A DNA stretch of 64,000 bases, taken from an uncultured Gemmatimonadaceae bacterium. Its GTDB lineage: Bacteria > Gemmatimonadota > Gemmatimonadetes > Gemmatimonadales > Gemmatimonadaceae. The stretch lies in contig CAWAGQ010000004.1 of the NCBI GenBank assembly GCA_963781585.1, positions 384,001 through 448,000 on the forward strand, in the 5' to 3' direction. Below are positions 28,353 through 39,429 of this stretch, piece after piece (position 1 is the first letter of the stretch; every line of letters begins with the position of its first letter). The position numbers and the translations under genes are program-made. The notes beneath the pieces were generated by a model that made no database searches, was not told where the DNA came from, and worked only from the letters and a program-made list of their open reading frames with translations.

Positions 28353-28963
28353 TGTTCACCGGAATCGTCGACGACGTGGGCAGCATCGAGCGCGCGGAGT
28401 TGGGCAAGGCGGGGCGCGAATTCCGGGTGCGGTGTCGCTACCAGGACCTGCAGCCGGGAGAGAGTATCGCCCTCAACGGGGCGTGCCTCACGGTGCGTGA
28501 GGCAGGCCCCGGGTGGTTCACGGTGGCGGCGGTGGACACCACGCTGGCTCGCACCACGATGGGTGGCTGGGACGTCGGCACGCGCGTCAATCTGGAGCGG
28601 GCCACCCGGGCGGGTGACCGGATGGGAGGCCACCTGGTTCTGGGACACGTTGACGGAGTGGGGGTGATCCGCCGGGTGGCCCGGGAGGGGACGGCGCTCC
28701 TGATCGATATCGGCGTGGAGGCCGACATCGCGGCGTTGCTTGTGCCGCACGGCTCCGTCACCGTGGATGGGGTCAGTCTCACCGTCAATGCCCTGCCCGC
28801 GCCCCGCGTCCTGCAGGTGGCGATCGTGGACTACACGGAGCGGAATACTACGTTAGGCGCCCGGGCTGCGGGCGATCGGGTCCATGTCGAGGGAGACGTG
28901 ATCGGCAAGTATGTCCGGCAGCTGATGGCCCCCTACGGTCGGATCTCGGGCGGATCCGATTGA
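28352..28963 (+). CDS. ribE: Riboflavin synthase
   Basis: MFTGIV, GACLTV, VNLERA, GGHLVLGHVD, GVSLTVN. Confidence 0.95.
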   Translation: MFTGIVDDVGSIERAELGKAGREFRVRCRYQDLQPGESIALNGACLTVREAGPGWFTVAAVDTTLARTTMGGWDVGTRVNLERATRAGDRMGGHLVLGHVDGVGVIRRVAREGTALLIDIGVEADIAALLVPHGSVTVDGVSLTVNALPAPRVLQVAIVDYTERNTTLGARAAGDRVHVEGDVIGKYVRQLMAPYGRISGGSD

Positions 28964-29009
28964 AGGCCGGTGCTGGCCCTTTCCCCCGGCGTCGCGCTAG
29001 GATTCAACC

Positions 29010-30218
29010 ATGCCATTTGGAACTGTCGAACAAGCCATCCGGGACGTCCGCTCCGGCAAGTTCGTTGTGGTGGCCGACGACGAAGACCGTGAGAACGAGG
29101 GCGATCTGATCTGTGCGGCCGAGCTGGTGACGGCCGAGATGGTCAACTTCATGCTGCGGGCGAAGGGCATGATCTGCCTGCCGCTCCTCCCGGAACGCGT
29201 GGCGCAGCTCGGGCTCGCCATGCAGTCCGACGAGAACACGGAGGCGATGCGCACGGCCTTCACCGTCAGCATCGACGCAGCCGGGAAGTATGGGGTGACG
29301 ACGGGGATCAGCGCCGCCGACCGGGCGATGACCATCCGCGTCGCCGCCGATCCCGCGAAGGGGCCGGGTGATCTCCGGAAGCCCGGACACATCCATCCGT
29401 TGAAGGCACGCAGCGGCGGCGTGCTGCAGCGGGTCGGGCACACCGAGGCCGCCGTTGACCTCTGCCAGCTGGCCGGCCTGCAGCCGGCCGCCGTGTTGTG
29501 CGAGATCCTCTCGGAGGACGGACAGACGATGAAACGCGACGAGCTCGATCGGTTTGCGCAGGAACACGAGCTCACCTTCATCACCGTGGCCGATCTGGTG
29601 GCGCACCGGCTCAAGACCGAGCGCCTCGTGCACCGCGTGGCTGAAGCGCGCCTCCCCTGCGATATCGGCGATCAGGAATGGCGCATCGTGGGGTATCGCA
29701 ACGACGTCGATCAGCAGGAGCACGTGGCGCTCGTGTACGGCCCGCAGGATCGCAGCGAAAACGTGCTGGTCCGCATGCACTCCCGGTGCCTCACGGGAGA
29801 CGTGTTCCACTCACGACGCTGCGATTGTGGCTGGCAACTGCACACCGCTATGGAAATGATCGCCCGCGAGGGCAGGGGTGTCGTAGTGTACCTCGATCAG
29901 GAAGGGCGCGGCATCGGGCTGCTCAACAAGCTCAAAGCGTACGAATTGCAGGACGTCGGCCACGACACCGTGGAGGCCAACGAGAAGCTCGGATTCAAGG
30001 CGGACCTGCGGAATTACGGCATCGGGGCGCAGATTCTGCTCGACCTCGGTGTCCGGTCCATCCGGGTACTCACGAACAACCCCAAGAAGATGGTTGGCTT
30101 GAAGGGCTACGGGCTCACCATCGTGGATCGCGTGCGCATCGCCGCTCCGTCCACCGACGACAACGCCGGCTACCTGGAGACCAAGCGCACCAAGCTCGGT
30201 CACCTCCTCTCGACCTGA
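29010..30218 (+). CDS. ribBA: DHBP synthase / GTP cyclohydrolase II
   Basis: DDEDRENEGD, GHTEA, VRMHS.CLTGDVF.S.RCDCG, QEGRGIGL, TNNP.K. Confidence 0.96.
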   Translation: MPFGTVEQAIRDVRSGKFVVVADDEDRENEGDLICAAELVTAEMVNFMLRAKGMICLPLLPERVAQLGLAMQSDENTEAMRTAFTVSIDAAGKYGVTTGISAADRAMTIRVAADPAKGPGDLRKPGHIHPLKARSGGVLQRVGHTEAAVDLCQLAGLQPAAVLCEILSEDGQTMKRDELDRFAQEHELTFITVADLVAHRLKTERLVHRVAEARLPCDIGDQEWRIVGYRNDVDQQEHVALVYGPQDRSENVLVRMHSRCLTGDVFHSRRCDCGWQLHTAMEMIAREGRGVVVYLDQEGRGIGLLNKLKAYELQDVGHDTVEANEKLGFKADLRNYGIGAQILLDLGVRSIRVLTNNPKKMVGLKGYGLTIVDRVRIAAPSTDDNAGYLETKRTKLGHLLST

Positions 30219-30698
30219 ATGGCGGAATTCGCCGGGACCCCCCTGGGGGAGCGCCGGAGAATTGCCGTGGCGGCAAGCCGATTCAACGAGGCGGTGACGC
30301 AGAAGCTCGTCGACGGGGCACTGGATGCACTGACGCGGCACGGCGTGCAACTCGATGATATCGACGTGGTGTGGGTGCCCGGCGCCTGGGAGCTTCCGGT
30401 AGCAGCCCGGCGGCTGCTGGCGATGGATCGCTACGACGCGGTGGTGGCCCTGGGCGCCGTAGTGCGTGGAGAGACTCCGCACTTCGAATACGTGGCCGGA
30501 GAAGCCGCGCGCGGACTCCAGCAGGCGGCAACCGAATACGAGACGCCGCTCGGGTTCGGTGTCCTCACCTGTGATACGATGGACCAGGCCATGGCGCGCG
30601 CCGGTGGCTCGCACGGCAACAAGGGCTGGGACGCGGCCCTGGCAGTGCTGCAGATGGCCGACCTGCTCGACCGCCTCGATGCCGCTGACCCGGGTTGA
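30219..30698 (+). CDS. ribH: 6,7-dimethyl-8-ribityllumazine synthase
   Basis: SRFN, VPGAWELP, G.VVRGETPHFEYV, FGVLT, GNKG. Confidence 0.95.
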   Translation: MAEFAGTPLGERRRIAVAASRFNEAVTQKLVDGALDALTRHGVQLDDIDVVWVPGAWELPVAARRLLAMDRYDAVVALGAVVRGETPHFEYVAGEAARGLQQAATEYETPLGFGVLTCDTMDQAMARAGGSHGNKGWDAALAVLQMADLLDRLDAADPG

Positions 30699-31110
30699 TC
30701 AGCGCGTACGTCGGCGGTCGCGAGCCCGCGCTCTGCAGGCCGTCTATGCCTGGGACGTTCTCCCGCGAGGTGATCTGCGGCAGATCGCCGAACGCTTGTG
30801 GAGCGATCTCGCCGTGGGGCGGGAGGAGCGTGCGATCGCGGCCCCGCTTGTGGAGGCGGTCGCGTCCCGGTGCACGGAAATCGATTCGTTGCTGGCGCAT
30901 GTTACTACCAACTGGCGTCTCGATCGTCTCGGCGTCGTGGAGCGATCGTTGTTGCGCCTCGGCACGGCGGAGTTGCTCCGCGCCGACGTTCCGGCACGGG
31001 TGGTGATCCAGGAGGCTGTCCGCCTGGCGGAACGGTTCGGCAGCGACGAGAGCGCGCGGTTCGTCAACGGCGTCCTCGACGCCGTCGCCCGCAGGCTCGG
31101 GAGGATCTGA
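30679..31110 (+). CDS. nusB: Transcription antitermination factor NusB
   Basis: RSRARALQAVY, NWRLDRL..VER.LLRL, EAV.LA..FG...S..FVNGVLD; follows ribH. Confidence 0.92.
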   Translation: MPLTRVDQRVRRRSRARALQAVYAWDVLPRGDLRQIAERLWSDLAVGREERAIAAPLVEAVASRCTEIDSLLAHVTTNWRLDRLGVVERSLLRLGTAELLRADVPARVVIQEAVRLAERFGSDESARFVNGVLDAVARRLGRI

Positions 31111-32217
31111 TTGCGGATCCTGGTCGTCAACTGGCAGGATCGCGAGAATCCGCAGGCGGGGGGCGCCGAGACGCATCTGCACGAGATCTTCGGTCGTCTG
31201 GCGCGCGCGGGTCATGAGGTGCGCCTGCTGTGCGGTGGATGGCCCGGTTGCCCGCCGCGGGCCAACCTCGACGGCATTGAGGTTTTTCGCGTGGGGACCC
31301 GGTCGTCCTTCCCGATGCTGGCGCGCCGGGCCTATCGCGACCGATTCGCGCCGGAGCTGGGTAGCGTACTCGTGGAGGACATCAACAAGATGCCGCTCCT
31401 GACGCCCAGGTGGGGAGCGCCGCGCGTGGTCGGCCTCGTCCCGCACCTCTTTGGTGCCACCGCGTTTCAGGAGCTGTCCGCGCCCCTCGCAGCCATGGTC
31501 TGGCTCTCGGAACGGAGCATTCCGCTGGTCTACGCCAGCGTGCCGTTCCAGGCGATCAGCGAGAGCACGGCCGAGGACCTGACGCGTCGCGGTATTCCGC
31601 GCGATCGCATTCGCGTGATCTACTGCGGCGTCGACTCGCTTCGGTTGACGCCCGATGCAGCGGAGCGGGAGCCGCGGCCTCTTTTCGTATATCTTGGTCG
31701 CTTGAAGAAGTACAAGCGCGTTGACCTCGTTCTTCGCGCCTTCGCGCGCATGGCCGTGCCGGAGGCGCGGCTGGAAATTGCCGGAGAAGGGGATGCCCGC
31801 GGCGACCTGGAGCGCCTCGCTGCTTCGCTTGACCTCGGCGATCGCGCAACGTTTCTTGGGCGCATCAGTGAGGAGGGGAAGCTCCATCTGTTGCGGCGCG
31901 CCTGGGCGCTGGTGTTCACGTCGCCGAAAGAGGGGTGGGGAATCACGAATCTCGAAGCGGCCGCCTGCGGGACCCCTGCGCTGGCCTCCAACTCGCCCGG
32001 GATCCGTGAATCCGTGCGGGATGGAGAGACGGGGTACCTCGTGTCCCACGGGGACCTCGAGCAGCTGGCCCGCGTCATGCGTCGCCTGGCCGCGTCGCCG
32101 GATACAGTGACCACGCTTGGTCGGCAGGCGCGGGCATATGCCGAGACGTTTACGTGGGAGCGCGCCGCCAGCGAAACTGAAGCGCATCTGCAGGCAATCG
32201 CGTCGGGCGGAGGCTAG
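31111..32217 (+). CDS. Glycosyltransferase family 4
   Basis: NWQD..NP.AGGAE, YLGRLKKYK, EGWGI..LEA.ACGTP. Confidence 0.9.
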   Translation: MRILVVNWQDRENPQAGGAETHLHEIFGRLARAGHEVRLLCGGWPGCPPRANLDGIEVFRVGTRSSFPMLARRAYRDRFAPELGSVLVEDINKMPLLTPRWGAPRVVGLVPHLFGATAFQELSAPLAAMVWLSERSIPLVYASVPFQAISESTAEDLTRRGIPRDRIRVIYCGVDSLRLTPDAAEREPRPLFVYLGRLKKYKRVDLVLRAFARMAVPEARLEIAGEGDARGDLERLAASLDLGDRATFLGRISEEGKLHLLRRAWALVFTSPKEGWGITNLEAAACGTPALASNSPGIRESVRDGETGYLVSHGDLEQLARVMRRLAASPDTVTTLGRQARAYAETFTWERAASETEAHLQAIASGGG

Positions 32218-32284
32218 GACAGGTGGACATCGTGCTTTATCGGCGCATCACGGGCGTGCAGGTTCCCCCGGGGCACGGCCGCGA

Positions 32285-33256
32285 ATGAACGGGACAGTCA
32301 CGGTCGGACGCCTCATCGAGCGACTGCAGACGCCATTGCAGCTCGAGCAACTGGGCGGCGCATACGGTCACGAGCGCGAGATCGCGACATCGGACGTCTC
32401 CAGCCCCGGACTGGCGCTCGCCGGTTATGTCGGCCGGTTCATGGCGCAACGCGTGCAGGTCATCGGAGAAACCGAGATGACCTACCTGGGTGCGCTCGCA
32501 CCGGAGGAGCGCGAGCGTCTGCTCGAGCAGTACTTCTCCTTCCCCATTCCGTGCCTGCTGGTCTCCAAGGGGCAGGAGTTGGTGGCGGGCCTCCTCGAGA
32601 AGGCGTCGCGCGAGGGAGTCCCCGTGTTCCGGTCACCGCTCAAGACCGCCGAAGTGTACCGGCGGGTCAAACCGGTACTCGAGGATCTCTTCGCGCCCCA
32701 GACCACGCTCCACGGCTCGCTCGCCGATGTGTTCGGAGTGGGCCTGCTGTTCACGGGGCGCAGCGGCATCGGCAAGTCGGAATGCGTGCTGGATCTCGTG
32801 GAGCGCGGACATCGGCTGGTGGCCGATGACCTCGTGATCTGCTCGCGGCGCGGCAACGATCTGGTGATCGGGAGGGGTCACGAGCTGCAACGCCACTACA
32901 TGGAAATCCGCGGGGTGGGACTCATCGATGTGCCGGCCATCTTCGGCGTGCGCGCCGTGCGCCAGCAGAAGCGCATCGAGGTGGTGGTCCAGCTCGAGGA
33001 GTGGGCCGAAAATTCATCGGCCGATCGCACCGGACTGGACGGCGAGACGATTCCCATCCTCGGCGTGGACCTCCCCAAGATCTCGGTGTTCCTGAACCCC
33101 GGAAAGAACATCACTGTGATCGCCGAAGTCATCGCGATGAACCATCTGCTGCGCTACGCGGGCGTGAATCCCGCGGAGGCCTTCAATCAGCGGTTGATGG
33201 GCAAGCTCCGTCGCAAGACGGACGTGCGGCACTATCTCGTTGAGGACGATGAGTAG
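32285..33256 (+). CDS. hprK: HPr kinase/phosphorylase
   Basis: PGLALAG, G.SGIGKSE..L.LV.RGHRLVADD, EIRGVG.ID, PGKNI..I.E. Confidence 0.95.
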   Translation: MNGTVTVGRLIERLQTPLQLEQLGGAYGHEREIATSDVSSPGLALAGYVGRFMAQRVQVIGETEMTYLGALAPEERERLLEQYFSFPIPCLLVSKGQELVAGLLEKASREGVPVFRSPLKTAEVYRRVKPVLEDLFAPQTTLHGSLADVFGVGLLFTGRSGIGKSECVLDLVERGHRLVADDLVICSRRGNDLVIGRGHELQRHYMEIRGVGLIDVPAIFGVRAVRQQKRIEVVVQLEEWAENSSADRTGLDGETIPILGVDLPKISVFLNPGKNITVIAEVIAMNHLLRYAGVNPAEAFNQRLMGKLRRKTDVRHYLVEDDE

Positions 33257-33632
33257 TATTCGCGCCATCATCGCGGGTCACGGTGACTTTGCCAGCGGGA
33301 TGATATCGGCGGTGCAGCAGATTGCCGGGCAGGACGGCATCTTTCTCGGCGTGAGCAACCGGGACCTGAGCGCCGAGTCCGTGGAGTCCCTCCTGCGCGA
33401 GCAACTCGAGGCGTCCGGGGCCCGCGTGATCTTTACCGATCTGGCGGCCGGCAGTTGCACCATGGCGGCCCGTCGCCTGCAGCGCGAGCGTCCCGCCCTC
33501 ACGCTGGTGACCGGCGTCAACCTCGCTACCCTGCTGGATTTTGCCTTCCAGCCTGAGCCGGCGGGTGCGGCGGCGCGACACGCGGCCGACAAGGGGCGCG
33601 CATCTCTTCTCGTGTCGGGAACTGCGCCGTGA
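33249..33632 (+). CDS. PTS mannose/fructose-class IIA component
   Basis: IIAGHG.FA.G phospho-His, FTDL..GS, VTGVNL..LL. Confidence 0.9.
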   Translation: MSSIRAIIAGHGDFASGMISAVQQIAGQDGIFLGVSNRDLSAESVESLLREQLEASGARVIFTDLAAGSCTMAARRLQRERPALTLVTGVNLATLLDFAFQPEPAGAAARHAADKGRASLLVSGTAP

Positions 33633-34120
33633 GCGTCGAGCTCTACCGCATCGACGATCGACTCATCCACGGCCAGGTCGTGGTCGGGTGGGGACAGCCG
33701 CTCGACCTCCGGTTCATCGTGCTGGTGGACGACGAAGTGGCGGCGAGCGATTGGGAGCAGGAGCTGTACCGCATGGGTGTGCCGCCGGAAATGGACGTGT
33801 ATTTCGATTCCGTCCAGTCGGCGGTGGAACATCTGGCGCGATACCAGGGCGACGCACGGCCAGGCCTCCTCCTCACCGGCGACATCGACACCATGCGACG
33901 CCTCATCGAAGCCACCGGGTCGATCCACGAGGTGAATCTGGGGGGGATTCATCACCGTGCCGGCCGCGCGCAGCGCCTGCGCTACGTCTTCCTGTCGCCT
34001 GACGAGGAGACCGAGCTCCGATCGCTGAGCGAGCGCGGGGTCGCGGTGTCGGCGCAGGATGTGCCCGGGGCACGCCCGCTCCCGCTGGGCGAGGTTCTCG
34101 CCGGAGACGGCAGCCGATGA
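33629..34120 (+). CDS. PTS mannose-class IIB component
   Basis: RIDDRLIHGQVV..W, VNLGG. Confidence 0.93.
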   Translation: MSVELYRIDDRLIHGQVVVGWGQPLDLRFIVLVDDEVAASDWEQELYRMGVPPEMDVYFDSVQSAVEHLARYQGDARPGLLLTGDIDTMRRLIEATGSIHEVNLGGIHHRAGRAQRLRYVFLSPDEETELRSLSERGVAVSAQDVPGARPLPLGEVLAGDGSR

Positions 34121-34800
34121 CCCCGCTCGACGTCGCGATCCTGATCATTCTCGGCGGCGTGCTTGGCCTGGACACGGTGAGCTTCCCGCAGGCGATGCTG
34201 TCCCGGCCGATCGTGGCGGGAACCCTCGCGGGTGCACTCATGGGACAGGCGGGGCGCGGCCTGCTGCTCGGCGCGGCCCTCGAGTTGTTCGCGGTCGATA
34301 CGCTGCCATTTGGAGCGTCGCGCTATCCCGAGTGGGGGTCGTCGTCAGTGGTCGGCGCCGGACTGTTCGCGATGCTCCCCGGGTCCATGGCGGGAGGCCT
34401 TACGACATCGGTGCTGGCTACCCTGATCGTCGCATGGGTGGGCGGCTGGTCGATGGTGCGGGTGCGCCTCTACAATGCGCGGCGGGCGCGGATGCACCAG
34501 CCGGAGGTGGCACGCGGGGATCGGAGGGCGGTGATCGGCTTGCAGCTCTCGGGACTCACGGTCGACCTGCTGCGCGGCATGCTGCTCACCGGTGCGGGAC
34601 TGCTGGTGCTGGGACCGCTGCAGCACGTGGCGCTCGCGGCGTGGGGTGTGGGGCCGGCGGCGTCGAGGGCGGTGGTCGTGTCGGCGGCGGCCGCGGTGTC
34701 GCTGGGTGCCGCGTACAAACTCTTCCACGTGATCCCGGGGTTCCTCTGGCAGTTTCTGCTCGGGCTCGGTGCGGGTCTCGTGATTGTGGTGCTGCGATGA
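34117..34800 (+). CDS. PTS mannose-class IIC component
   Basis: Q.MLSRPIV, G..LEL....LP.G, multiple TMs. Confidence 0.9.
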   Translation: MTPLDVAILIILGGVLGLDTVSFPQAMLSRPIVAGTLAGALMGQAGRGLLLGAALELFAVDTLPFGASRYPEWGSSSVVGAGLFAMLPGSMAGGLTTSVLATLIVAWVGGWSMVRVRLYNARRARMHQPEVARGDRRAVIGLQLSGLTVDLLRGMLLTGAGLLVLGPLQHVALAAWGVGPAASRAVVVSAAAAVSLGAAYKLFHVIPGFLWQFLLGLGAGLVIVVLR

Positions 34801-35555
34801 GCGACGGCGCCGTAATCCCGGCCTGGACCCGGGTGGCCATGTTTGTTCGCCTCCTGGCCGTACAGGGGTCCTGGAATTACGAGACCATGCTCGGCAACGG
34901 ACTTGGTTTCTGCGTGGAGCCGGCACTGCGGCGCCTTCCGGGTGGCGTTGACGGTGATGCCTACCGCGCGGCGCTGGCACGGCAGAGCCAGTATTTCAAC
35001 GCGCATCCGTACCTGGCGTCGGTGGCGGTGGGCGCTCTGGCTCGCGCCGAACTCGAGGGAGAGCCTCCCGCGCGCATCGAGCGCTTCCGCACGGCGCTTT
35101 GCGGCCCGCTGGGCAGCGTCGGTGACCGGCTGGTGTGGGCTACGATGCTACCAGCCTGCTCGTTCGCCGCCCTGTTCGTCTTCGGCATGGGTGGCGGACC
35201 GTTGCTTGTGGCCCTGGTGTTCCTGGTCGCCTATAACAGCGGGCATCTGGCGTTGCGGTTGTGGGGCTTGCAGGTCGGGCTGCGGCACGGATTGCAGGTG
35301 GCGCATTCGTTAGGCGCTCCGCTGCTGCGCCAGGCGCCGTTCTCGCTCGGCCGCGTGGCCACGGTTCTCGCGGGCCTGAGTGTTCCGCTGTCGGCGGCGC
35401 GCATCGTGCTGCCTCACGGTGTGCTGCTGGGGACGGTGATGGCCGTGACCGCGGTCGGTGGGGGGGTGATCGCCCGGCTGCACGGGCGGGTGGTGGGATG
35501 GAAGGTGTCGGTGGTGGTGCTGGTGGGATTCGTTCTGTGGGCGGTGATCCGGTGA
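34797..35555 (+). CDS. PTS mannose-class IID component
   Basis: QGSWNYE.M...G, FN.HPY, GPL.SVGD.LVW. Confidence 0.92.
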   Translation: MSDGAVIPAWTRVAMFVRLLAVQGSWNYETMLGNGLGFCVEPALRRLPGGVDGDAYRAALARQSQYFNAHPYLASVAVGALARAELEGEPPARIERFRTALCGPLGSVGDRLVWATMLPACSFAALFVFGMGGGPLLVALVFLVAYNSGHLALRLWGLQVGLRHGLQVAHSLGAPLLRQAPFSLGRVATVLAGLSVPLSAARIVLPHGVLLGTVMAVTAVGGGVIARLHGRVVGWKVSVVVLVGFVLWAVIR

Positions 35556-35821
35556 CCGCCGAGCGCTCGGTGCAGATCGCCAACCGGAACGGGTTGCACG
35601 CGCGCCCGGCGGCGGAGATCGTCAAGACCGCGGCTCGGTTCCGCAGCGAGATCACGATTGCGCGCGAGGATCTCGAGGTCAACGGAAAGAGCATCATGGG
35701 CGTGATGATGCTCGCCGCCGAGTACGGCACGCTGCTTCGGCTGCGCGCCGAGGGCCCCGACGCCGAGGAAGCCGTGGAGTCGATCGCGCAGGTCATCACC
35801 AGCCGGTTCGGCGAGGCCTGA
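35552..35821 (+). CDS. ptsH: Phosphocarrier protein HPr
   Basis: GLHARPA (His15) and NGKSIMGVMML (Ser46). Confidence 0.95.
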   Translation: MTAERSVQIANRNGLHARPAAEIVKTAARFRSEITIAREDLEVNGKSIMGVMMLAAEYGTLLRLRAEGPDAEEAVESIAQVITSRFGEA

Positions 35822-35825
35822 CGCC

Positions 35826-37589
35826 ATGGATCGCACGCTCCAGGGCCGCTCCGCCTCTCCGGGCATCGTGGTCGGCCCGGTACGGTTGCTGCGCTGGGAG
35901 GTGCCCGACGTGCCCCATCGCGTTGTCGGCGATGACGAGGTCGAGGCGGAGATCGAACGCCTCCACGCGGCCATCGACCGTGCGCGGGAGCGACTCCTCA
36001 GCGTGCGCGATCGCGCCGACAAGCACGCCGGGCCGGAGGAAGCGGCGATCTTCGACGTGCAGATTTCCATCCTCCAGGACCGCGAGCTCCTGCGCGAGAT
36101 CGAATCCTACATCCGGCAGAACCTTGCCGCGGAGAAGGCATTCGATCTGGTGATGCTCGAGTGGCGCCAGCACTTCGCCCGGAGCATCGCGCCGATGCTC
36201 CGCGAGCGCGTGGGCGACCTGACCGACGTCCAGATCCGTGTCCTGTCGGTGCTCATGGACCTGCCCGATCACGACCCGGTCGATGTGCCGAAGGGGACGA
36301 ACGCGATCCTGGTTACCCATGACCTGACACCGAGTCTGACGGTCCAGCTCGACCGCGACGCCATCGCAGGCATCGCCACCGATTCGGGCACGCCCACGTC
36401 CCACGTCGCCATTCTCGCCCGCTCGTTAGGTCTGCCGGCGGTGGTCGGTCTGCGCGACGCCACCGCCCGGCTGCGCGGCGACGAGATGGTGGTCCTGGAT
36501 GGCTCGCATGGGTTGCTGGTGGTCAACCCCAGCCCGGATGAGATCGCCGCTTTTCGCAATCGCGCGGCCGCCGAGGCCCGCAGCGAAGTCGAGCTGCTCA
36601 AGTTCGCCGGCGTCGAACCGGTCACCACCGACGGCGTCCGCATCACGTTGCGCGCCAACGTTGATCTTCCCGACGAGGCGGTGCAGGCGGCGCGCAGCGG
36701 TGCCCACGGCGTGGGACTGATGCGTACCGAATTCCTGGTGGTGGGCCGCGCCAGCATGCCCGACGAGGAAGAACAATATCGGTGCTACCGCGGTGTGGTT
36801 GAAGCGTTCGCCGGCCATCCGGTAGTCATCCGCACCTTCGACGTGGGCGGCGACAAGCTCCCCGCGGGCGGATATCCCAGCGAGCCGAATCCGTTCCTGG
36901 GGTGGCGTGCCATTCGCATGTGTCTCGACCAGCCGGAGATCTTCAAGGTCCAGCTGCGAGCCCTCCTCCGTGCCGGGCTCCACGGCGACGTGCGCATCAT
37001 GCTGCCGCTGGTGGTGACGCTCGACGAAGTGGTGGGCGCGCGCAAGCTGCTGGCCGAAGCCGCCGCCGAGCTCGATGCGCGAGGCGTCGCTTACTCGCAC
37101 AACGTCCCGCTGGGCGTGATGGTCGAGACGCCGGCCGCCGCGGTCGCCGCCGACACGCTCGCCCACGAGGTGGCCTTCTTCAGCATCGGTACCAACGACC
37201 TCGTGCAGTACACGCTGGCCGTCGATCGCGGCAACGCCAACCTGGTGGCCCGGTTCACACCGCTCCATCCGGCGGTTCTGCGGCTGCTCAAGCAGATCGT
37301 GGATGTGGCGCAGGCGCATCGCCTCAATGTGGCCGTTTGCGGCGAGATGGCGTCGCAGCCGCTGATGGTCTTTGCGCTCATCGGACTCGGCCTGCGAGAT
37401 CTCAGCGTGAACCCCCGCTCCGTGCCTCTGGTGAAGCGCGTGGTGCGCGCCATCAGCATCGAATGTGCCCAGGAGGCGGCCACCGCGGCTCTGGCGACAC
37501 GCACCGCCGCGGAGGCCGAGCGCGAGCTGAGGCAGCGCCTCCTTGCCACCTATGGCGACGCGGCCTTTCTCGGAGAGACACCAGCATAA
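35826..37589 (+). CDS. ptsI: PTS enzyme I
   Basis: [49 protein letters not shown]. Confidence 0.96.
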   Translation: MDRTLQGRSASPGIVVGPVRLLRWEVPDVPHRVVGDDEVEAEIERLHAAIDRARERLLSVRDRADKHAGPEEAAIFDVQISILQDRELLREIESYIRQNLAAEKAFDLVMLEWRQHFARSIAPMLRERVGDLTDVQIRVLSVLMDLPDHDPVDVPKGTNAILVTHDLTPSLTVQLDRDAIAGIATDSGTPTSHVAILARSLGLPAVVGLRDATARLRGDEMVVLDGSHGLLVVNPSPDEIAAFRNRAAAEARSEVELLKFAGVEPVTTDGVRITLRANVDLPDEAVQAARSGAHGVGLMRTEFLVVGRASMPDEEEQYRCYRGVVEAFAGHPVVIRTFDVGGDKLPAGGYPSEPNPFLGWRAIRMCLDQPEIFKVQLRALLRAGLHGDVRIMLPLVVTLDEVVGARKLLAEAAAELDARGVAYSHNVPLGVMVETPAAAVAADTLAHEVAFFSIGTNDLVQYTLAVDRGNANLVARFTPLHPAVLRLLKQIVDVAQAHRLNVAVCGEMASQPLMVFALIGLGLRDLSVNPRSVPLVKRVVRAISIECAQEAATAALATRTAAEAERELRQRLLATYGDAAFLGETPA

Positions 37590-37684
37590 GGTCCACCGGC
37601 GACGGGTTGTCTGCCGCTCCTGCTCGCGCCCGGTTACGTTTCGGGTCGCCCTCGTCGTCCCTCTCCCGTTCGCGCGCGGCGGTC

Positions 37685-38857
<1,173 letters not shown>

Positions 38858-38884
38858 TACGATTGGCGCAGCGGTGAAGGTGCG

Positions 38885-39418
38885 ATGAGCGACATGGTCG
38901 AAGTGATCGTGGCCCGGCTCGGCCTCGACGGTGGGACGAACTCCTATGTGGTCATTCTCCGGGAAAAGGAGGGCGACCGACTGCTCCCCATCTGGATCGG
39001 CCAGGCGGAGGCCGAGTCGATCCTGCTCGAGATGAACAGCGTGAAGAAGGAACGCCCGCTCACGCACGACCTGTGCAAGAACCTCGTGACCGGACTGGGC
39101 GGCGACTTGCGCCGCGTCCAGATCACCAAGGTCCTCAAGGGCACGTACTACGCCGAGATGCACATCCAGCGCGGCGAGAGCGTGGTGCAGGTCGACGCGC
39201 GTCCATCCGACAGCATCGCCATCGCGCTCCGTTTCCCCGCTCCGATCTTCGCCGACGAGGGGCTGTTCGTTGGCGCGATCGATGACGAGAGCGCGGACAG
39301 CGACGCCGTCATTCCCGAGCCCGAGCCGCGACAAAGCACCGACGAGATGACGGCCGAACAACTCAAGCGCTACCTGTCGAATCTCCGCCCGGAAGACTTC
39401 GGCAAGTTCAACCTCTGA
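38885..39418 (+). CDS. Bifunctional nuclease (DUF151) family protein
   Basis: LPIWIG..EA, RPLTHDL, DARPSD.IA.ALR. Confidence 0.9.
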   Translation: MSDMVEVIVARLGLDGGTNSYVVILREKEGDRLLPIWIGQAEAESILLEMNSVKKERPLTHDLCKNLVTGLGGDLRRVQITKVLKGTYYAEMHIQRGESVVQVDARPSDSIAIALRFPAPIFADEGLFVGAIDDESADSDAVIPEPEPRQSTDEMTAEQLKRYLSNLRPEDFGKFNL

Positions 39419-39429
39419 TCGGCCGCCGG

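Noticed and set aside
37590..37684. SAM riboswitch upstream of metK
   Set aside because: Short spacer without recognisable SAM-I or SAM-II conserved elements.
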